Positions 19,506 through 29,377 of a stretch of DNA of 64,000 bases are shown in pieces. Source of the DNA: Nitrosopumilus sp. (GTDB lineage Archaea; Thermoproteota; Nitrososphaeria; Nitrososphaerales; Nitrosopumilaceae); contig JAHELP010000001.1 in NCBI GenBank assembly GCA_024644105.1, positions 20,672 through 84,671 of the forward strand, given 5' to 3'. The position numbers and the translations under genes were made by a program. The first letter of the stretch is position 1; each line of letters begins with the position of its first letter. The notes beneath the pieces are model-generated. The model had not been told where the DNA came from. It saw only the letters and a program-made list of their open reading frames with translations, and did not search any database.

Positions 19506-19978
19506 AAAATTCTAGATTTTTTTAAAACTGATTCAAATTTAGTTTCATTTATCAAGTTTACAAGATGTATATTATCTTGAAAGTATTTAATTTCTAATTT
19601 AGATACAGTAAGATAAGGATCGGGACTAGTAGAATTAATTATTCTATTATTTTGATCAATTCCATTTTTGTGTAATTGAAATAAAGAATGTCCTGATTTA
19701 TGACCCCAAACCTCTTTTCCACAAACTATTATGGTATCAACATTATGATTGTCATTTACATATTTAATTATAGAATCAATCCCCTTGTTTTCAGAAAGTA
19801 AACGACCTACTATTGAGATTTTTTTAATAATTTCAGAATTTGCAAAATTTTTGAGTAAATCTATGCTTGAAAGAGTACAAATTGCTATAGAAGAGTCGGG
19901 ATTCCCAAGGTAATATTCTTCATTTATGGGTAAAATGGCTTTACAGAGTTCTCCTATTGCCTCACCTAGTGCATTCAT
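19502..19978 (-). CDS. Stand-alone MtrA-like corrinoid-binding protein
   Basis: GNPDSSIAICTLSS, SENKGID, CGKEVWGHKSGHSL, NGID..RII match the MtrA domain; no TM anchor. Confidence 0.8.
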   Translation of the reverse strand: MNALGEAIGELCKAILPINEEYYLGNPDSSIAICTLSSIDLLKNFANSEIIKKISIVGRLLSENKGIDSIIKYVNDNHNVDTIIVCGKEVWGHKSGHSLFQLHKNGIDQNNRIINSTSPDPYLTVSKLEIKYFQDNIHLVNLINETKFESVLKKSRIF

Positions 19979-21060
19979 AATATTTCACGTATAGTTTTGG
20001 CAATAAATTCAATATTTTTTTGAGTTACATGTGGGTGAATTGGTAAGGATAGCACATGTGAAGATGCCCAATCTGTAATTGCAAGTTTAGTTTTCAATTT
20101 GTAAAATGGAGTTTTATGAACTGGAGTTGGATAATAGGACGCTGCACCAATTCCTTTATTATTTAATTTTTGTAAAAGTTTGTTTCGATTATTAGCTGAA
20201 ATTGTATAAAGATACCAATTAACATTTTCATTTTTTCTTTCTTTAGGTATTACAATTTTTAGATCAGATATTAAATTTGATAAAAGTTTAGCATTGTTTT
20301 TTCTAGTCTTTAAAAATTTTGGAAGTTTTTTCATTTGTACAGATGCTATTGCAGCATTTATTTCAGGTAATCTCAAATTTAGTCCAAACATTCTAGTATC
20401 ATATCCATGAACCATTCCATGATTTCTAACCATCAATAGTTTATCTCTAAGTTTTTTATTGTTAGTTACAATAAACCCACCCTCACCTGCAGTCATTACT
20501 TTTGCAGGATACATACTATAACATCCCATTTCAAAGAAAGTTCCAGTGTGTTTTCCTTTATACGTAGAACCCAATGATTGTGCAGAATCTTCTATGATAG
20601 GAAGATTATATTTTTTAGAAATTTCAGATAGTCTCTCGATATTTGCAACGTTTCCATAAAGATGAACTGGAATTATTGCACGAGTTTTTTTAGTGATTTT
20701 TTTTTCTATTTCAATAGGATCTATAGTATAATTTTCTTTTAGAATATCAACAAAAATCGGTTTAGCTCCGGTAGAAACCACTGCATTTGCAGTAGCCACA
20801 AACGTGAATGAAGGAACCAAAACTTCATCTCCAGGTTTAATATCTAATGCATAAAGTGCTGCTTGTAATGCAGCAGTACCAGAATTTACTGCAATAGCAT
20901 ATTTCGAATTAACAAAAGATGAAGCAGATTTTTCAAATTCTTGAACATATTTTCCTCCTAAATTTGCAGCAGATGTTAAAGCACCATTTTTCAGAATAGA
21001 TGTGACTACATCTATTTCCTCCTTGCCTACAATTGGAATGTTAATGGCAATTTTCAACAT
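19975..21060 (-). CDS. DegT/DnrJ/EryC1/StrS PLP aminotransferase
   Basis: NSGTAAL, PSFTFVAT, PVHLYG, EDSAQS, SMYPAK, GEGG, LSLP. Confidence 0.93.
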   Translation of the reverse strand: MLKIAINIPIVGKEEIDVVTSILKNGALTSAANLGGKYVQEFEKSASSFVNSKYAIAVNSGTAALQAALYALDIKPGDEVLVPSFTFVATANAVVSTGAKPIFVDILKENYTIDPIEIEKKITKKTRAIIPVHLYGNVANIERLSEISKKYNLPIIEDSAQSLGSTYKGKHTGTFFEMGCYSMYPAKVMTAGEGGFIVTNNKKLRDKLLMVRNHGMVHGYDTRMFGLNLRLPEINAAIASVQMKKLPKFLKTRKNNAKLLSNLISDLKIVIPKERKNENVNWYLYTISANNRNKLLQKLNNKGIGAASYYPTPVHKTPFYKLKTKLAITDWASSHVLSLPIHPHVTQKNIEFIAKTIREIL

Positions 21061-21124
21061 TATTCCTGTTTATAACTAGTCTATAAATCTCAGCAAAGAA
21101 ACATGAATTTTTATATTTCAAAAT

Positions 21125-21703
21125 TTGGCAAACGGCATCATGAAACCACGTCATTTAGAAAAATCAGATTCAGGCTACAAAGTCTATCTATACATTTTCT
21201 ATATTTGCGGTTTCATAATGTTATCTTCATTAGTTTTTGGCGTATATGTTACCATGATAGAGTGGATAGAAAATGGAACATATGTAATGGGTGAAGCAAT
21301 TCATAATACAACTATTCCATTTGAAAATTTTGCTAGAGTATCAACTTGGATTTTTTTCTCTACAATAATTGGCTGGTACTGTGTTTCAAGAATTGGATGG
21401 AGAAGAACAGCTGGTGATAAAATTGTTGGCACAAAGATGGCACTTCTTCAGTTAATGCTATTAGGATTTTCAATTATTTCACTCTACGAAGTATTATACA
21501 ATTTTACTGTCTTAAATGCACAAATGACTGCAGGTGTTATTGATGGGGTAGTTCCTGATATTGATAAATTATCAGTTGCATATCCAGATCCTGATAGACC
21601 ATGGAATTTGGTTTTTGCAACCAAAGTTTTTCTTGCATCATTTATTATTAGTACTCATGCATTTTATCTCAGTGTGAAACCTAGAAAAAGTCTAGAAGAA
21701 TAA
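21125..21703 (+). CDS. Hypothetical multi-pass membrane protein
   Basis: About four hydrophobic segments. Confidence 0.75.
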   Translation: MANGIMKPRHLEKSDSGYKVYLYIFYICGFIMLSSLVFGVYVTMIEWIENGTYVMGEAIHNTTIPFENFARVSTWIFFSTIIGWYCVSRIGWRRTAGDKIVGTKMALLQLMLLGFSIISLYEVLYNFTVLNAQMTAGVIDGVVPDIDKLSVAYPDPDRPWNLVFATKVFLASFIISTHAFYLSVKPRKSLEE

Positions 21704-21747
21704 AAAATTTAAAAAAACTATTTCTACTTTGTGTGACTTAGAGCTAT

Positions 21748-21936
21748 ATGGGATTATTTGGATCCAGTAAAAATGAATTAAAATGTAAAAAATGTGGAAC
21801 AGTTTTACCTGATTCTGATAGATTAAAAAAACATCAAGATAAAGCTCATAACAAGAAGAAAGAGAAATGCAGAGTTTGTGGAGCTGAATTTGATTATTCT
21901 GAAGAGTTAAGAAAACATAAAAAGAATTGTAAGTAA
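21748..21936 (+). CDS. Small C2H2-type zinc-finger protein
   Basis: CKKC...LKKHQDKAH and CRVC..EF...ELRKHKKNC. Confidence 0.85.
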   Translation: MGLFGSSKNELKCKKCGTVLPDSDRLKKHQDKAHNKKKEKCRVCGAEFDYSEELRKHKKNCK

Positions 21937-21939
21937 AAT

Positions 21940-22149
21940 TTACTCTGATAATCCAGATTCATATTTTGGTTGTCTTTTCAAAGCTTTTTCAATTGATTCC
22001 AAATTTTTAATCTCATTTTTTGAATTCAGAGATAAAGCTTGTATCATTTCTGAGCCTAATTGTACTGATTGTTCAGGCAATGTTTCAAGAAATTTTTCAA
22101 GACCTTTTTTATAATTTTGAATTAATTCTAATCCATCTTCAAGAGTCAT
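21940..22149 (-). CDS. Small helical hypothetical protein
   Basis: ORF track 21940-22194; ATG 22149 (MTLEDG) is the more likely start. Confidence 0.6.
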   Translation of the reverse strand: MTLEDGLELIQNYKKGLEKFLETLPEQSVQLGSEMIQALSLNSKNEIKNLESIEKALKRQPKYESGLSE

Positions 22150-22244
22150 AAACACTGTAAAGATGCACCCTCTATTCAAAGCTTGCAAGTTCAAATAATT
22201 TTTTAAATAACTTTATACGTTTACTACTCAAAAGTTGTTTTGAT

Positions 22245-23291
22245 TTGGATATTTTAGAAAAAATAGATTTAATTCAAAGACCTCCAACTGAAGAAATTGT
22301 TACGCAAGAAGAATTAGTAGAGTTATTCAAAACAAATTCATCACCAAATCATTACATTGGTTTAGAAATTTCTGGTTTCTTACATCTTGGTAGTCTAATT
22401 AGTACAGGTTTCAAAATTAATGATTTTGTTAAAGCTGGAGTAAAGTGTAAAATTTTTCTAGCAGATTGGCATACACTGATTAATGATAAACTAGGTGGAG
22501 ATTGGGAAACAATTGCCAAAGTTTCAAAATATTATCAAGATGCTTTCAAATTAGTTTGTCCTGATGCCGAAATCATTTTGGGTTCAAAACTATATCAAGA
22601 AAAAACAGAATATTGGTCAGAACTTGTCAAATTTACAAAACACATGACGATTGCTAGAACAATGAGGACTCTAACAATAATGGGAAGATCAGAGGATGAT
22701 GATAAAATTGATGTTGCAAAGTTGCTTTATCCTGCAATGCAAGCAGTTGATATTCATTCTTTAGATGTAGATATTGCACATGCTGGAATGGATCAAAGAA
22801 AAATCCACATGCTAGTAAGAGAAGTATTTCCAAAAATGAAATGGAAAGTTCCTGTTGCAGTTCATCACAAGTTGTTACCTGGACTTTCAAAACCTGCTGA
22901 TACAAGTGATGATAAGATACTAGGAAAAATGAGTAAATCAGATCCAAATTCAGGTATATTTGTTCATAATACTGATGATGAAATTAAGAAGAAAATTAGT
23001 AAAGCTTGGTGTGAAGAAGGAAATATTCAAAATAATCCACTATTAGAAATTTCTCGAACTGTAATCTTTCATGAATTTGATGAAATGAAAGTAGAAAGGC
23101 CAGAAAAATTTGGCGGTAATATCTCATATACTGATTATAATCAATTAGAAGTAGATTTTGCTGAAAAAAAATTACATCCGGGAGATTTGAAACAAACTGT
23201 TGGGAATTATTTAGTTAAAGTAGTTTCTCCAATTAGAGAAAAACTAAATCTCAGTGAAGAATTGACTGAGACAATTAAGAAAAGCTTTTAG
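22245..23291 (+). CDS. tyrS: Tyrosine--tRNA ligase
   Basis: YIGLEISGFLHLG, LADWH, YPAMQAVDI, GMDQRKIH, KMSKS. Confidence 0.96.
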   Translation: MDILEKIDLIQRPPTEEIVTQEELVELFKTNSSPNHYIGLEISGFLHLGSLISTGFKINDFVKAGVKCKIFLADWHTLINDKLGGDWETIAKVSKYYQDAFKLVCPDAEIILGSKLYQEKTEYWSELVKFTKHMTIARTMRTLTIMGRSEDDDKIDVAKLLYPAMQAVDIHSLDVDIAHAGMDQRKIHMLVREVFPKMKWKVPVAVHHKLLPGLSKPADTSDDKILGKMSKSDPNSGIFVHNTDDEIKKKISKAWCEEGNIQNNPLLEISRTVIFHEFDEMKVERPEKFGGNISYTDYNQLEVDFAEKKLHPGDLKQTVGNYLVKVVSPIREKLNLSEELTETIKKSF

Positions 23292-24082
23292 ACTTTAAGA
23301 TTTGGATTAGTTTGTTCTTCTAGATTATATTTTGATTTGTATCCACGTGGATTAATCATCAAATCTTTGTATGTGTAGGTTGATGAATTACCTATAATTA
23401 CAGTGCTAATCATGCCTAATTGATCTGAATGATTCGGTAAATTTTCTAAATCAGTCATTACTATAGTTTGTGATTCTCTAAATGCTCCCATGATGATTGC
23501 AACTGGTGTTGTAGGTTTTCTATATTTCAAAAGAACTTTTCTTGTATCTTGTAATTGATGTATTCTCTTTTTACTAGCTGGATTGTAAATAACAATTACA
23601 AAGTCACCTTGTGCAGCTGCCTCAACTCTTTTTGAAATAACCTCCCATGGAACTAATAAATCACTCATACTAACAACCGCAAAATCTGTCATTAGTGGTG
23701 AACCGATGATTGATGCACATGAATTTAGTGCAGATACACCAGGAACAATTTCAACTTTAAGACCATCTTTAGGATTCCATCCTGATTCAGCAAGAGTTTC
23801 ATAGATTAAACCTGCCATTCCATAAATTCCAGGATCACCACTCGAAACAAGTGAGACTATTTTTCCAGATTTAGCAAGATCAATACATTGATGAGCTCTC
23901 TCAACTTCTTGAGTCATTGCATAACGATGAACGGTTTTACCTTCAATCAAATCTTGAACTAAATTTACATAAGTTTCATATCCTACAATGGTATCACTTT
24001 CACCAATCACTTCTTTTGCTCGAAAAGTCATATGATCATGATGTCCAGGACCAACACCAACAATGTAGAGTTTACCAGTCAA
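23288..24082 (-). CDS. cbiH: Precorrin-3B C17-methyltransferase
   Basis: VGVGPG, VSSGDPGIYGMAG, SDLLVPW, YNP, NPRGY. Confidence 0.92.
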   Translation of the reverse strand: MTGKLYIVGVGPGHHDHMTFRAKEVIGESDTIVGYETYVNLVQDLIEGKTVHRYAMTQEVERAHQCIDLAKSGKIVSLVSSGDPGIYGMAGLIYETLAESGWNPKDGLKVEIVPGVSALNSCASIIGSPLMTDFAVVSMSDLLVPWEVISKRVEAAAQGDFVIVIYNPASKKRIHQLQDTRKVLLKYRKPTTPVAIIMGAFRESQTIVMTDLENLPNHSDQLGMISTVIIGNSSTYTYKDLMINPRGYKSKYNLEEQTNPNLKV

Positions 24083-24128
24083 TTTTAAAAGAAATATTTT
24101 TTCAAGTAATTTATCCGTTTACTGAATT

Positions 24129-25592
24129 TTATTGAAATGGATCTATGAATGGACAATTAACTATGTGATCACTGTTAGTTGGTCGCGCAATACTAACTGA
24201 TAACAATTCATCTACTCTAAATGAGTCAATATCTGACTTTGTTTCTAAAATTTTTGCAGATTCTTCATTGTTCCATTCAACGAGATAAATTCTCCACATT
24301 GGACTATAATTTGCATCTCCAAGCGAAGCTCCTGCAATTCCTGCCTGAAATCCTAATGGGCCAGATCCAATGATTCCGTTTTTAAATTGGAAAAGATCAA
24401 CTGCTCCGGAATGAGCAATTAGATTTGCAGAACTGGGAGATGATACTACTCCCATGGTCTTAGCAGGTCCTGATGGAGTGGCATCTGTTACAATATAGTA
24501 GATTGTTCTTCCATCTGGTCCCCAACCCCTATGAGCTACAAAAGTTACAGTCATTTCTTCTTCATTAATTTCAGTTATTTGACCACCGCTGTATGACATT
24601 TCATTAGTAATTTCTTTATCAGAACGAACAGTCAGTTGTCCATCAGGCCACATAATTTGTGGAGTATTTAATACAACTCCTGTTTCATTGAAAATAATTC
24701 TACCACCTTTTTCTGCTGCAATAATTTCTTCTGCAGATTTGAATTCAATTTGTTTTTGACCAACTTTCCATGTAACTTCAATTACAGAATTCAAAGCACT
24801 GTATTTTGATTCTTGTGAGGGAGTACTAGAGAATACTTCATTTTGAAATCCATAGATTCCATCTCCTTTTACTCCATTTTTAAAAATAAATAATTTTTGT
24901 AGAGTTTTATCTGGGACTGTACCAATTACAGGAGCAAGTTCTACTTTCCATTCTTGTTTATCTGTAATTATTTTTGCATAATTTTCATCACTGCCATCAG
25001 TGATTATGTAAAAAACAGGATTTCCTTCATAAATTCCTTGATGCATTGGAATTGTAGCTGGAACATTTGTTCTTGAAAGTAGCATTGATGGTTTTTCTTT
25101 TTCTAATTCAATTTTTTGCATTATTACTTCAGTAGGTTGCCCTCTAATCCATCCATCAACACTTACAGTAGAAGTAAATTCTTTAGAATTAGGAGAATGT
25201 AAAGCAAGAGCAGCACCTGTAAATTCAAACGAACCAGATTTTTCTTGCAAGTCAATTAAAGACAAACCATAAACAGTTTTTCCATCTACACTCCAAGTAG
25301 GTTGTCCTTTTGATTCCTGAGAACTAATTTCATGTAAAACTACAATCTGTACAGGCTCACTAGAGGTAAATGTCATTGAACCGTCATAGATTGTTCCTTT
25401 ATTTGGAGATAGTATAATTGATAGTTGATGATTTTCATGTCCTTGTCCTGGATCTTGAGAGGATGTAATAGTTTGAGTAAAGTGAATTTTTTTTCTAGAA
25501 CCAGCATCAACAAATTGTTCTGATGTTGAAGATACAAAAATTATACTTATAGCAAAAATTCCAATTATTAATAGAGCTGGAAGTTTTTTCAA
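24129..25592 (-). CDS. Exported hypothetical protein with internally duplicated domain
   Basis: Signal peptide; two related units FYIITD...YSALNSVIEVTW...VLNTP and YYIVTD...YSPMWRIYLVEW...IVNCP. Confidence 0.75.
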   Translation of the reverse strand: MKKLPALLIIGIFAISIIFVSSTSEQFVDAGSRKKIHFTQTITSSQDPGQGHENHQLSIILSPNKGTIYDGSMTFTSSEPVQIVVLHEISSQESKGQPTWSVDGKTVYGLSLIDLQEKSGSFEFTGAALALHSPNSKEFTSTVSVDGWIRGQPTEVIMQKIELEKEKPSMLLSRTNVPATIPMHQGIYEGNPVFYIITDGSDENYAKIITDKQEWKVELAPVIGTVPDKTLQKLFIFKNGVKGDGIYGFQNEVFSSTPSQESKYSALNSVIEVTWKVGQKQIEFKSAEEIIAAEKGGRIIFNETGVVLNTPQIMWPDGQLTVRSDKEITNEMSYSGGQITEINEEEMTVTFVAHRGWGPDGRTIYYIVTDATPSGPAKTMGVVSSPSSANLIAHSGAVDLFQFKNGIIGSGPLGFQAGIAGASLGDANYSPMWRIYLVEWNNEESAKILETKSDIDSFRVDELLSVSIARPTNSDHIVNCPFIDPFQ

Positions 25593-25630
25593 TAAATAAT
25601 CTTGATGTTGTTCCCTTAAATTATTTTGTC

Positions 25631-27034
25631 TTAATTGATTTTGTCTAGAGCAAATTCATTATGTAATGCTTTTACAGCAGCATTTGTATCAGAATTTTTC
25701 ACAACAAATGCAAGATTTAGTTCAGAAGAACCTTGAGTTATCATTGAAACGTTTACTTTATTTTTCTCAATTGCACCAAAAACTTTTGAGGCAACTCCCA
25801 CAGTTCCTCTCATTCCTGAACCAATTAATGCAATAATTGCAACATTTGTAGTAACTTCTAATTTTTTAATTATTTTACCTAACAATTCTAATTCTAATGC
25901 ACTAACTGCTTTGTCAAGATCAGTGTTCTTTACTACAATCGTGATACTTGATTCAGAAGGATTTTGAGAAATCATCATTACATTGATTCCTGCTTTTGCT
26001 AGTGTTGCAAATATTTTTGCTGCAGTACCTGGAGTTCCAACCATGCTACCGCCCTGAACATCAATTAATCCATTATTTCTGACATTACTTACACATTTTA
26101 CAGTATTTTTTACAGCAGCAGAAGTTGATGCAGTTACTAAAGTTCCCTCATTTTTTATGTTAAATGAATTTCTAATTTTCATTGGGATTTTCTTTGTCAT
26201 TAGAGGCTCAAATGTTCGTGGATGTATTTGCTTTGCACCAAACAGAGCCATCTCAATTGCCTCAATGTAGGACACTTCTTTGAGTAATTTTGCATTTTTT
26301 ACAATCTTGGGATCAGCAGTCATTAATCCATCAACATCACTCATTAACCAAATTTCATCTGCTTTAATGCAAGAACCAATAATTGTAGCAGAATAATCTG
26401 AACCTCCTCTACCAAAAGTAGTTACATGACCATGTTGATCAGCTCCCACAAATCCTCCTACAACAGGAATTGTTTTCTTTGAAAATAGTTCATCTACATT
26501 CTTTGATACACGTAAACGAGTTGTATCTATGAGTGGTTTTGATTCACCAAAATTTGAATCAGTAACAATTCCTACTTCTTTTCCTGTCAAAGGAATAGAT
26601 TTTTTTCCTGAATCATTGATTGCTGATGAAACTAATTTTATTGATAGTCTTTCTCCAAATGAAAATAAATAATCCATTGTTCTAGGTGTAACCTCACCTA
26701 GTAACACCATTCCATCAATTAATGCAACAAGTTCATTAAAGTCTTGATCAAATTTTACAAGTAATTTTTTTCTAATGTCAGATTTTTTGATTGTTTGTTT
26801 TGCTAATTGTTTATGTCTATTGGTAATTTTTGATGCAAGTTGCTCAGCTTTAGATTTATTTTCTTTTTTTATTGATTCTGAAATTTCTATTAGATCATCA
26901 GTAGTTCCACTAGTTGCAGAGCATACAACAACAATTTGATGTTTCTTTGATAATTCGTTTAGGTGTTTAGCTATTGATTGAATATCTTTTGCTGCAGATA
27001 TTGATGTTCCACCATATTTTATTACAAGTCTCAA
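25631..27034 (-). CDS. lysC: Aspartate kinase
   Basis: KYGGTS, SFGERLS, GRGGSDYSA, DVDGLMTADP, two ACT domains. Confidence 0.95.
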   Translation of the reverse strand: MRLVIKYGGTSISAAKDIQSIAKHLNELSKKHQIVVVCSATSGTTDDLIEISESIKKENKSKAEQLASKITNRHKQLAKQTIKKSDIRKKLLVKFDQDFNELVALIDGMVLLGEVTPRTMDYLFSFGERLSIKLVSSAINDSGKKSIPLTGKEVGIVTDSNFGESKPLIDTTRLRVSKNVDELFSKKTIPVVGGFVGADQHGHVTTFGRGGSDYSATIIGSCIKADEIWLMSDVDGLMTADPKIVKNAKLLKEVSYIEAIEMALFGAKQIHPRTFEPLMTKKIPMKIRNSFNIKNEGTLVTASTSAAVKNTVKCVSNVRNNGLIDVQGGSMVGTPGTAAKIFATLAKAGINVMMISQNPSESSITIVVKNTDLDKAVSALELELLGKIIKKLEVTTNVAIIALIGSGMRGTVGVASKVFGAIEKNKVNVSMITQGSSELNLAFVVKNSDTNAAVKALHNEFALDKIN

Positions 27035-27069
27035 TTCAAAATACCTGAACTAGTTAATCTTTAAATGCT

Positions 27070-27816
27070 TTAACTTTCTACGCGTGGAGCCAAGTAAAAG
27101 TGGATTCTACCAATATTTGCAACTTTAAATTCAATTCTAAGAGGTTTTGCGCTTGAAAACTCACATGTAATTGAGCCTGCATTAGAGCCTACAGCTTTTA
27201 CAACTGGATTCAAATATTCAAGGCTGTAAGTACCCTCGCTATCTTCTGTAGAAGAAATTTCTTCAATTTCTTTATCATCTTTATCTAATTCAATTACAAC
27301 TTCACCTGAATCCCCTTTTCCTGAGAAATCACCTTTAGAATCAGATGTTTGAATTGTAAGATAATCAGATACTACCTGAACATCTCCAAGAATTTTGTCA
27401 AACTTTGAAGAAGTCAAAATAATTTTTGAATCATAAGGAATTTTAGGTAATGGGGTATCAGTTGCAGAACTTTCGATTAAACGCATTTTGTATTTTTTAT
27501 TTTTACCAACTGTTACAAGTAACATGTTTTGTTCAGAGATACTAATTTCTATGCTATCCTTTTTGTCTGCTCTTTTGATTAGTTTTGAAAATTCATCAAT
27601 TCTAACTCCAAATTTAATATCGCTATCACATTCATATTTTTCAAAAGCAGAATTTGGCCAAGAAATATCAATTAAAGCTACATGTGATGGATCCATTCCT
27701 CTAAAAGTAATTCCTTCTGCTGTTGCAACAAATGTTGCTTCTTCAACTAGAGTAGATATTGCAGATATGATAGCCTTTAGATCATCTGATCCACTTGTTT
27801 TTGCTCCAAAAGTCAA
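27070..27816 (-). CDS. pcn: DNA polymerase sliding clamp PCNA
   Basis: GMDPSHVALI, YSLEYL, FYLAPR. Confidence 0.96.
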   Translation of the reverse strand: MTFGAKTSGSDDLKAIISAISTLVEEATFVATAEGITFRGMDPSHVALIDISWPNSAFEKYECDSDIKFGVRIDEFSKLIKRADKKDSIEISISEQNMLLVTVGKNKKYKMRLIESSATDTPLPKIPYDSKIILTSSKFDKILGDVQVVSDYLTIQTSDSKGDFSGKGDSGEVVIELDKDDKEIEEISSTEDSEGTYSLEYLNPVVKAVGSNAGSITCEFSSAKPLRIEFKVANIGRIHFYLAPRVES

Positions 27817-27850
27817 ATCAATTTTCTTCTCTTTAAGTACAAGTTAAACG

Positions 27851-28168
27851 TTATGTGTAATCACGCCAGGTGTATTTGCACTTTTGACATCGATAAAATC
27901 TGGTTGTCGGTTCATCAGCACTTCTAGTTTGGAACATCCAACCAACTGCTTCATCATGTCCACATTTTTCACAGTCAATTTTTACTGTTGGATTTGATTC
28001 TTCTCCTTCATTTCCTTCAAAAGCAAGTAGTGAAAAGTCTGGTTCTTCTTCAGCAGCAATTTTTTTTGTGGGTTTAGCTTCTCCCCCTTCAGTGTATCCA
28101 CATTTAGAACATTGAAGGCCTGAACCATTATTTTTTAATTTGACCTCACATTTGGGGCAAAACTTCAA
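27851..28168 (-). CDS. tfs: Transcription factor S (TFS/RpoM family)
   Basis: FCPKC, CEKC, QTRSADEPTTRFYRCQKC. Confidence 0.93.
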   Translation of the reverse strand: MKFCPKCEVKLKNNGSGLQCSKCGYTEGGEAKPTKKIAAEEEPDFSLLAFEGNEGEESNPTVKIDCEKCGHDEAVGWMFQTRSADEPTTRFYRCQKCKYTWRDYT

Positions 28169-28169
28169 T

Positions 28170-28448
28170 CTAATTTACCTTAATTTTAGAATTGAATAGT
28201 TGTTTGAACTCTTCAGCCATTTTGATCGCATTGTCTGTAGCTTTTTTAATTTCACCTAGTGGCTTTGAACTAGAATTAATTCTCATCCAACATTCATTGG
28301 TTAGAGGATGTTTTACAATTACACCTGCAAAATCGATATTTGATGCTTTTAGGAGTTCATGCTGAATTATGTACAATATTCCAATATCAGTTTCAGTGAT
28401 AGAAAGGCTGATTTCTTTGGGTTCAGAACTGATCACTTGTGCGTTCAT
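28170..28448 (-). CDS. rpoL: RNA polymerase subunit L (Rpo11)
   Basis: ELLK...FAG...HPL pattern; upstream of tfs and pcn. Confidence 0.85.
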   Translation of the reverse strand: MNAQVISSEPKEISLSITETDIGILYIIQHELLKASNIDFAGVIVKHPLTNECWMRINSSSKPLGEIKKATDNAIKMAEEFKQLFNSKIKVN

Positions 28449-28499
28449 GTATTCAGAAAAAGCACTTATTGCGGATATAAATCATTATGAGCGGTAACA

Positions 28500-29036
28500 A
28501 TGGGCGAAAGTAAGATTTCTGCGATCGAATTAGTAAAATCTAAGGATGAGTACTCTTCTGATGAAAATATAGAGATAAACGTGCAGTTTTCCGTCGAAGG
28601 AGACATTAGAAATGCCTTCAATGAGGCTAATTGGACTAAAGCCTACAACAATAACGATGTTTCATTCAAAATGAAATACGGCATAAAATTAACCTCTGGT
28701 GGGTTCAGAAAGAAAGAATTGGGAAGAACTATTGATACATACAGAAAGGCATCAATTTTTTGGACAAGGAATCCAAAACTGGTCAATCCAATGAAAGATA
28801 GACGAATTTGGGTACAAGTGGCCAAAAATTTTGAGCCATTTATCAGACTCACAGAAGAAGAAGTTAGAGAGGAATTATTTGACTTTAATGAAAAATTTGT
28901 ATTCAAAGCATCTGATTTAGGAACAGGAAAACACAAAATCAGTGCAGAGGCTTTTGCATCTTGGCAAAAACATGATTTTACAGAAACTGGAAGTGTCAAA
29001 AACAGTTCAAGTGAAATAGAAATTTCCATCAATTAG
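28500..29036 (+). CDS. Hypothetical protein (beta-rich, Ig-like by pattern)
   Basis: 178-aa ORF, ATG start, normal codon usage; first gene of a three-gene + strand run. Confidence 0.7.
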   Translation: MGESKISAIELVKSKDEYSSDENIEINVQFSVEGDIRNAFNEANWTKAYNNNDVSFKMKYGIKLTSGGFRKKELGRTIDTYRKASIFWTRNPKLVNPMKDRRIWVQVAKNFEPFIRLTEEEVREELFDFNEKFVFKASDLGTGKHKISAEAFASWQKHDFTETGSVKNSSSEIEISIN

Positions 29037-29067
29037 GGATATAAGGAACTTTTTTGGGTAATCAATA

Positions 29068-29220
29068 ATGGCAAAATACGATGGTCTGTTAGGACAACCA
29101 ATACTTGAAGTTGAAGAACCTGATAAAGAAGGAGGAATTACCTTTATCTTCAAAGATAACAGGTTTATGTTCATTAAAGCAGTTGATGGTAAAATTGAGA
29201 CCGTATCAATTCCAGAATAG
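29068..29220 (+). CDS. Small protein, 50 aa (not in ORF track); paralog of next ORF
   Basis: MAKYDGLLGQPILEVEEPDKEGGITFIFKDNRFMFIKAVDGKIETVSIPE*. Confidence 0.75.
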   Translation: MAKYDGLLGQPILEVEEPDKEGGITFIFKDNRFMFIKAVDGKIETVSIPE

Positions 29221-29229
29221 GTGATATGA

Positions 29230-29376
29230 ATGGAAAAATTTGATGCAATCAAAATGCTAGAACTTGTCAAAGTAGAAGATCCTGATTCAGATGGTGGATT
29301 AACTTTATTCTTTCAAGAAGACAAAACCTTGAAGATTAAAGTTGTAGATGGAAAATTAGTTTCAGAATTTGTTTAA
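29230..29376 (+). CDS. Small protein, 48 aa (not in ORF track); paralog of previous ORF
   Basis: MEKFDAIKMLELVKVEDPDSDGGLTLFFQEDKTLKIKVVDGKLVSEFV*; GGTGAT Shine-Dalgarno-like motif just upstream. Confidence 0.75.
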   Translation: MEKFDAIKMLELVKVEDPDSDGGLTLFFQEDKTLKIKVVDGKLVSEFV

Positions 29377-29377
29377 A

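Noticed and set aside
19502..19978. MtrA as evidence of methanogenesis
   Set aside because: No other mtr or mcr genes and no membrane anchor; context is thaumarchaeal
29007..29270. 87-aa - strand ORF from the track
   Set aside because: Antisense shadow of the two paralogous small + strand ORFs, which have better support
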